From IMG/VR virus record IMGVR_UViG_3300034128_000030, positions 1 through 40,550 of that record: a stretch of 40,550 bases of DNA; one strand, 5' to 3'. The translations under genes and the position numbers were made by a program. Positions 35,912-40,550 of this stretch are shown here, one piece after another (positions within the stretch are counted from its first letter, which is position 1; each line of letters opens with the position of its first letter). The DNA is from a virus. Its lineage: Duplodnaviria > Caudoviricetes. Under the pieces are notes generated by a model. The model did no database searches, was not told the origin of the DNA, and was given only the letters and a program-made list of their open reading frames with translations.

Positions 35912-37613
35912 CTGCGCCCTCCCCTAATGCCTTTGCTGGCGTCATAAGGCCAGATGATGTTGGAACGAGTTCGTCCATGGCGACGAGTTTTACAGTGCCG
36001 TCTTCCATTTCCAACTCTAGCATTTCTTCATCGTGCTCTTCAAGGGGGGTCCGTGTGCTCAGGTCATTATCTATATCGGGAAAGCGGCCAGTCTTAATAC
36101 GGTCGAGCGTCAGGAACCGGTCCAGCGACAGCCCGTACTTCATCGGGTCGACGTGGGTAATGCCAAGCAGGTAGGCGAGCAGGCACCCAGCGGCTGAGCC
36201 ACGGCCCGGCCCAGTAAGAAGCCCTTTCTTCAGGTACTCCGTCATCACCTCTTCTGGAGGCATGAAATACGGCAGAAGGTCGACGGTCCCATTCAGGTGC
36301 AGGAGCTGGATTTCCTGGTCGAGCCGGTCGCACCACTCCTTGTTCGACCATTGCATGCGCCCGTGCTTCTTGATGAGGGCCATGGTGTGGCGGAGGGTGT
36401 CCTCAGGGTAGAACTTGACGGGTAACGTCTGGCGAGGAGAAAACTTGAAGCCGTCGAAACGGTGAGCCCAGGCGTAGCCGTTCTCAATCCACTCTTCGAA
36501 GCGGGCCTGCGGGACCCCCATGTGGTCGCGGAAGTACCCCCACGCCTCATCCGAAGTCCGGCGATGGTACGAATTAGACATACGCCAGCTACCAGACTGG
36601 CCGAGACGAACGTCCTGGACAATCTTTTCGTCGGGCGTGGCAAAGTGCGTGTCCCCGGAAATTTGTACCGGGTCGCCGTACTTGTTGGCCATCATCAAGA
36701 TGAACTGGTTAGCCGTGCGCTGCAGGTCCCCGTCGGTGCTGGACGGGGTACACTCGTTGGCAACCCACCCCTCCTTCATCAGCACCGAAGCGAACTCGAT
36801 GGGCTTGTCGAGGACCTTCCAGGCGCGAGCTTCCATGACCTCAGAAATGGCCATCCGGTTCGAGACGCACCCTGACGGGTTCGACCTGAACTCCTTGGCG
36901 AGGTCGGAGATTTCGATTGACTCCTTGTCGCCAAGGCAGCGAACCTTCTTCCAGGGCCTGAAGGTGGTCACGACGCCCTGGCGGTCGGTTACCTCGACCT
37001 TGGATTCCCAGTTGCGGTCGACCACGTGGGGGAAAACTTCCGCGAAGAAGTTGCCTGGCTTGAAGATGGACCGGAGGCGCTCGTAGTACTTCACCGCGGT
37101 CTGGGGGTCCTTCCGCAGCAAATGCCTCGAGACAGCCCCGATTAAACATCCAGAGCCCGCAGTAACGTTGTGGGCGCCCAGCTCTTCGAGGCCGGCCCAG
37201 TTGTAGAGAGGCTTGGCTTCTGAGCCGTGCTGCTCAGCTCGGAGGTCGGCATCGGACAGCGTCCTGGTCAGGGCGCTGAATGCGGCTTCGTCGAGGGCGT
37301 GGACCGTCAGGTGGCCATACTTGAATGTGTCTCGGAAGGTGCCGTCGGCGCTTTTGGGAGCGCCAGCGGCCGTCAAGATGGAGCAATTATCGTCACGGAA
37401 ATACAGCTCCGTCCCGAGAATGGGCTTGAGCTTGCCCTTGAACTTGCCCGAGGTGCACAGGTCGTAGATGGTGCGGGTTGCCTGGAGAGTACCGTGGTCG
37501 GTGGACGTCAAATATCCGCTGCCAAGCTCTACTTCTCGTTTCGCGAAGTTCTCGATGGAACTCGCAGTATCCAGGCTGGCCGTGTGACAATGGCATTCTA
37601 CGTATTGTTTCAT
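35898..37613 (-). CDS. dnaE: DNA polymerase III alpha, N-terminal fragment (PHP + part of palm)
   Basis: PHP motifs HCH, TDHG, DTH; 'GPGRGSAAG', 'LGITHVDP', 'PDIDND'. Confidence 0.92.
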   Translation of the reverse strand: MKQYVECHCHTASLDTASSIENFAKREVELGSGYLTSTDHGTLQATRTIYDLCTSGKFKGKLKPILGTELYFRDDNCSILTAAGAPKSADGTFRDTFKYGHLTVHALDEAAFSALTRTLSDADLRAEQHGSEAKPLYNWAGLEELGAHNVTAGSGCLIGAVSRHLLRKDPQTAVKYYERLRSIFKPGNFFAEVFPHVVDRNWESKVEVTDRQGVVTTFRPWKKVRCLGDKESIEISDLAKEFRSNPSGCVSNRMAISEVMEARAWKVLDKPIEFASVLMKEGWVANECTPSSTDGDLQRTANQFILMMANKYGDPVQISGDTHFATPDEKIVQDVRLGQSGSWRMSNSYHRRTSDEAWGYFRDHMGVPQARFEEWIENGYAWAHRFDGFKFSPRQTLPVKFYPEDTLRHTMALIKKHGRMQWSNKEWCDRLDQEIQLLHLNGTVDLLPYFMPPEEVMTEYLKKGLLTGPGRGSAAGCLLAYLLGITHVDPMKYGLSLDRFLTLDRIKTGRFPDIDNDLSTRTPLEEHDEEMLELEMEDGTVKLVAMDELVPTSSGLMTPAKALGEGADVRF

Positions 37614-37720
37614 GTCGAGTAGGAATCAGGAGTTACGTTTAAGAGCTACAAGAATCAAAAGCCTAATGGCGGCGAGGTTCCAGATTACACTGAGGTACAG
37701 CTTGCGAAACGGCCACCACC

Positions 37721-37960
37721 TCACTGGTGGCCTCGAGTCAGAGCCTTACGGAGCTTTTGTACCACAACTTCGACTTCAGTTTCAACCTCCGCTTCTGTAA
37801 GGTTCAGAGCGGCGGCCATCATCTTGAGCCCCCTCTCGTCGTCCGGTACGCCGTCGGGGTAGCGGTCCATCATTTTCTCTAGGCTGAAATCGAATCGCTT
37901 GAGATTGATAAAGTCCGCTTCTGTGTCAATCTTGCGTCGAATCTCAGAGGGGTCTGACAT
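37721..37960 (-). CDS. Small sigma-region-4-like HTH protein (79 aa)
   Basis: 'MAAALNLTEAEVETEVEVVVQKLRKAL' fits the sigma4/HTH pattern. GGAG RBS before the ATG at 37960. Confidence 0.5.
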   Translation of the reverse strand: MSDPSEIRRKIDTEADFINLKRFDFSLEKMMDRYPDGVPDDERGLKMMAAALNLTEAEVETEVEVVVQKLRKALTRGHQ

Positions 37961-38342
37961 GGGGGAACTCCAGGATGGTTGCCGACTTGACACAGTCTAC
38001 CTCTTCTTCGAGGGCGTGTACAGCCTTTTGATTTTCTTCAATTCTGGCCTTCACGGCCACGAGCTGCTGGCAGACATGAGCTAGACCCCGCATGAGGTGC
38101 TGGCGACGCGGCGCAATCATCCGGTAGAAGTCACGGGCCACTTCATATTCCGCGGCCAGGACCACCTTCGCCCTCTTCAGTTCCTGGAGCTGCTCTTTGG
38201 TGTCGAGGTACAGGACAAAAACGGCGTTCACTGCGCGGGTGAACCCGAGATGGCGCAAGAGAAGGCGTTCCGCGGCGGACTGCAGCATGACCCGCTCCGC
38301 GTTGGCTAGGAACAGCTTCTCTTGCGGGCTGGTGTCGGACAT
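37944..38342 (-). CDS. Hypothetical coiled-coil protein
   Basis: TGATG coupling to the upstream gene. Helical heptads. Confidence 0.6.
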   Translation of the reverse strand: MSDTSPQEKLFLANAERVMLQSAAERLLLRHLGFTRAVNAVFVLYLDTKEQLQELKRAKVVLAAEYEVARDFYRMIAPRRQHLMRGLAHVCQQLVAVKARIEENQKAVHALEEEVDCVKSATILEFPHVRPL

Positions 38343-39358
38343 CAGTCCACCCAAATCGGGGCTTGGAGGGCAATGCGACCGCCGTTGCGCTCGTGGACCA
38401 CGAAGAAGCTCTGCTGGGGCGGCTCTGGGCTCGCCGCGATTCGCTGAGCGAAGGCGTTGTAGCCAATGAGACTGCCATTACTAATCGAATCGCCTCCATT
38501 GAGCTGCTGGTGGAAGTGGCCATGCACGGTCAGGTTGGCGCGAATTCCGCGGTCCCACCCCGCAATCATCCTCTTCAGGGGCACGGTCAGACCGCCGATG
38601 CCACCGGCGTACTTGACTTCGTAGCCGTGCAGCAAACGCATCGTGAACGAGTCGAAGAACTTGCGGTAGGTGACGCCACCAGGAGACAGGCTGATGTTGA
38701 CGCGCGGGTTCTTCAGGAACCGCTCCGAAATCCTGGCGTACGTGACCGTCTCGAGGGAGGTCCCCACCACGTTGGCGGACCGAATCTTCTTGGTGAGACG
38801 GCCATGGTTGCCGGGGAGAGCATCACCGACGATTTTGTAGTCGGACTCCTTCAGCCAATACGCGATGCCCGAGGCCAGCAGGTCTCCGGCGAACATGGAT
38901 GCCTCAATCGGAGACATCGCATTGCATTCCTGACCTTCCTCATGAATCCACCCAGAGAAAAAATCCCCGAGGAGCCCGAGGTAGATGGTGTCGATGTGGG
39001 ACTCACGCGCGGCGATGTTCACCAGCTTGAGGGCGTTCCGGAAGAACCGCTCGGAGCGCTCCTTTGCGATGGCCGGATTGTACTCGTTGAGGCCGTTGAC
39101 AACGGCCCCTTTCACGATTTCGTCGACGTGCCAGTCGCTGGCGACGACGCAGGCGATGGCGTTCTTGCCGTCTGGTCCAGACGGATTGCCCAGACGGCGG
39201 ATGGTGGGGAGGCCCACCGAGGAGAAAGTCCCCAACTCTGCCCGCAAGGCATCGTTCTCAGCAAGGGCTTGGGCGAAGGCCTTGTCCCGTGCTTTTGCTT
39301 GTGCCGCTTTTGCTTGCTCTGCCTTGATTCGGTTCAGTTCGGTGGGGGACTTTTTCAT
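38342..39358 (-). CDS. Calcineurin-like metallophosphoesterase
   Basis: All five motifs present: SDWH, LGD, GNHG, LHG, GHFH. Confidence 0.85.
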   Translation of the reverse strand: MKKSPTELNRIKAEQAKAAQAKARDKAFAQALAENDALRAELGTFSSVGLPTIRRLGNPSGPDGKNAIACVVASDWHVDEIVKGAVVNGLNEYNPAIAKERSERFFRNALKLVNIAARESHIDTIYLGLLGDFFSGWIHEEGQECNAMSPIEASMFAGDLLASGIAYWLKESDYKIVGDALPGNHGRLTKKIRSANVVGTSLETVTYARISERFLKNPRVNISLSPGGVTYRKFFDSFTMRLLHGYEVKYAGGIGGLTVPLKRMIAGWDRGIRANLTVHGHFHQQLNGGDSISNGSLIGYNAFAQRIAASPEPPQQSFFVVHERNGGRIALQAPIWVD

Positions 39359-39367
39359 GGGTGCTCC

Positions 39368-39928
39368 TTAGCTCTGCACGGGGGCAGTCTGGGGTGCGGC
39401 GGGGGCGACCTCGGGCTTCGGGGTCACAGCGTAGATTTCCGCCACCTCAAAGAGGTTACCCTCTGGCACGGCGACCGTGTCCCCCACCTTCTTGCCGAGC
39501 ACGAGGGCGCGGAACTCCTCCTTCAGCTGGTGCCAGGGAAGCTGCACGCGCGAACCCAGCTTCAGGACCTCGCCCGCGGGCGACTTCTGGGTAAGGACAA
39601 GAGCGGAACCTTCGACCACCTCGGTCTGCACCGTCAGCTCTCCCGTCTCGAGGCCGTGGGCGACTGCCTGCTTCTGGGCCGTCTGGCGGTCGGCGTCATC
39701 CGACAGCTTGAGATTGTCGATGGTCAAGTTTACGTCCTCGATGCCAAGCATAACGGCAGTGGCCCGGGCCAGCATGCGGAGGTCGTCAATCTGACGCTGC
39801 TGCTGGGTGAAGGCCTTGTTGATGGCCTCGTCGATTCGAGCGAGGGACACCTCAAGGTCCTGGACGCGCTGGACGGCGTTGACGGAATTCTTTCGAGCAA
39901 TCTGTGCCACAGTATTCGATGAAGTCAC
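39368..39928 (-). CDS. Coiled-coil + FKBP/GreA-C-like domain protein
   Basis: RBS AAGGAGAG with a GTG start. C-terminal 'ALVLGKKVGDTVAVP...FEVAEI'. Confidence 0.55.
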   Translation of the reverse strand: MTSSNTVAQIARKNSVNAVQRVQDLEVSLARIDEAINKAFTQQQRQIDDLRMLARATAVMLGIEDVNLTIDNLKLSDDADRQTAQKQAVAHGLETGELTVQTEVVEGSALVLTQKSPAGEVLKLGSRVQLPWHQLKEEFRALVLGKKVGDTVAVPEGNLFEVAEIYAVTPKPEVAPAAPQTAPVQS

Positions 39929-39972
39929 CTAACTCTCCTTGTTGTTTTTGTTGCTTCTTGCTGCAGTGTTGG

Positions 39973-40550
39973 TCATGCTAGCAGGGTTGCGAGCGGAACG
40001 CCAGTGCCTGCCTCGGAAGTGGCTGCCCCGTTGGCGGCCTGCCCAGTGGCATTAATGGCTCCCATCGACCTTGCTTTCCTGGCGTGACGCTCTGAAATGG
40101 CGGTGATGGCTGCCGACGAAAGTGGCGCAAGAGGCGCCACTCCGCGGGGGCGCGCCTGGCCCTGGGCAGACTTCATGTAAAACTGCCCGGCCGCGTTGGT
40201 CGCCAACGTGTACCTCTGCCCGTTGGGGCCGATGTAGAGGACCTGGTCGCCTTCGGTGACCTTCTTGTAATTGATGACGCTGCCGTCCTTCTGTGGAACC
40301 GGCAGGACCTTGCCTGTGTCCTGCAAGGGCGGCTTCTTGGGGGCTACAGCCGCGGGCTGTGCCTGGGGACGAGCCGGTGGGGGTCGCGGGGCCTCTACGG
40401 CCTTGGGGGCTGGCTGGGCCTGGAGCTTCGGGGCTCGGGCCTTCTTGAGGGCGGGGGCCGCGGGGCGTACCTGCTTGGCGACTGCAGTGGCAGGGAGACC
40501 GCCAAGCTCTGGCTTCTTCAGGAGCCTCGCTGCCATCTTCTTGAGGATGT
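39973..40550 (-). CDS. Hypothetical Pro/Ala/Lys-rich protein, possibly truncated by the window edge
   Basis: The frame is open to the window end upstream of the Met at 40536. Confidence 0.55.
   Translation of the reverse strand, partial: ILKKMAARLLKKPELGGLPATAVAKQVRPAAPALKKARAPKLQAQPAPKAVEAPRPPPARPQAQPAAVAPKKPPLQDTGKVLPVPQKDGSVINYKKVTEGDQVLYIGPNGQRYTLATNAAGQFYMKSAQGQARPRGVAPLAPLSSAAITAISERHARKARSMGAINATGQAANGAATSEAGTGVPLATLLA

Noticed and set aside
35475-36041. Canonical trans-splicing split intein in dnaE
   Set aside because: No block A, no TxxH and no C-terminal His-Asn followed by Cys/Ser/Thr. The site also differs from the cyanobacterial one, whose equivalent (YGFNASH) is uninterrupted here.
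1-40550. CRISPR array, tRNA/rRNA genes, integrase, stop-codon reassignment
   Set aside because: No spaced repeats or RNA-gene signatures recognised by eye. Long genes are intact in the standard code and TAA, TAG and TGA all serve as stops.

Overview
A 40.5 kb segment of a large, GC-rich, contractile-tailed (myovirus-like) phage genome, probably infecting a Gram-negative host. Bases 41-20047 (+) form a late virion module: tape-measure-like protein, baseplate hub, spike, a LysM/gp25-type fusion, a very large baseplate-J wedge, a second wedge protein, a tube-like protein, a Gly-rich tail fibre and an M15 endolysin. Several of these genes are preceded by a recurring GTAATCT motif. Bases 20048-40550 (-) hold an accessory region of TTGACA-promoter cassettes, then a replication/recombination module: RecD/Dda-like helicase, DnaB-like helicase, primase, RecA/UvsX, UvsY-like protein, gp32-like SSB, DnaE and a metallophosphoesterase. 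The most striking feature is a DnaE gene fractured through its active site by a free-standing EndoVII-type endonuclease. The two halves end and begin with acidic and basic segments that look like a split intein stripped of its splicing residues, suggesting a non-splicing assembly clasp. Other candidates are a second fractured gene, an unannotated 36-aa secreted-peptide gene with its own promoter, and a possible one-piece envelope-spanning lysis protein whose RBS is locked in a hairpin. All family assignments come from motif recognition by eye; no database searches were run.
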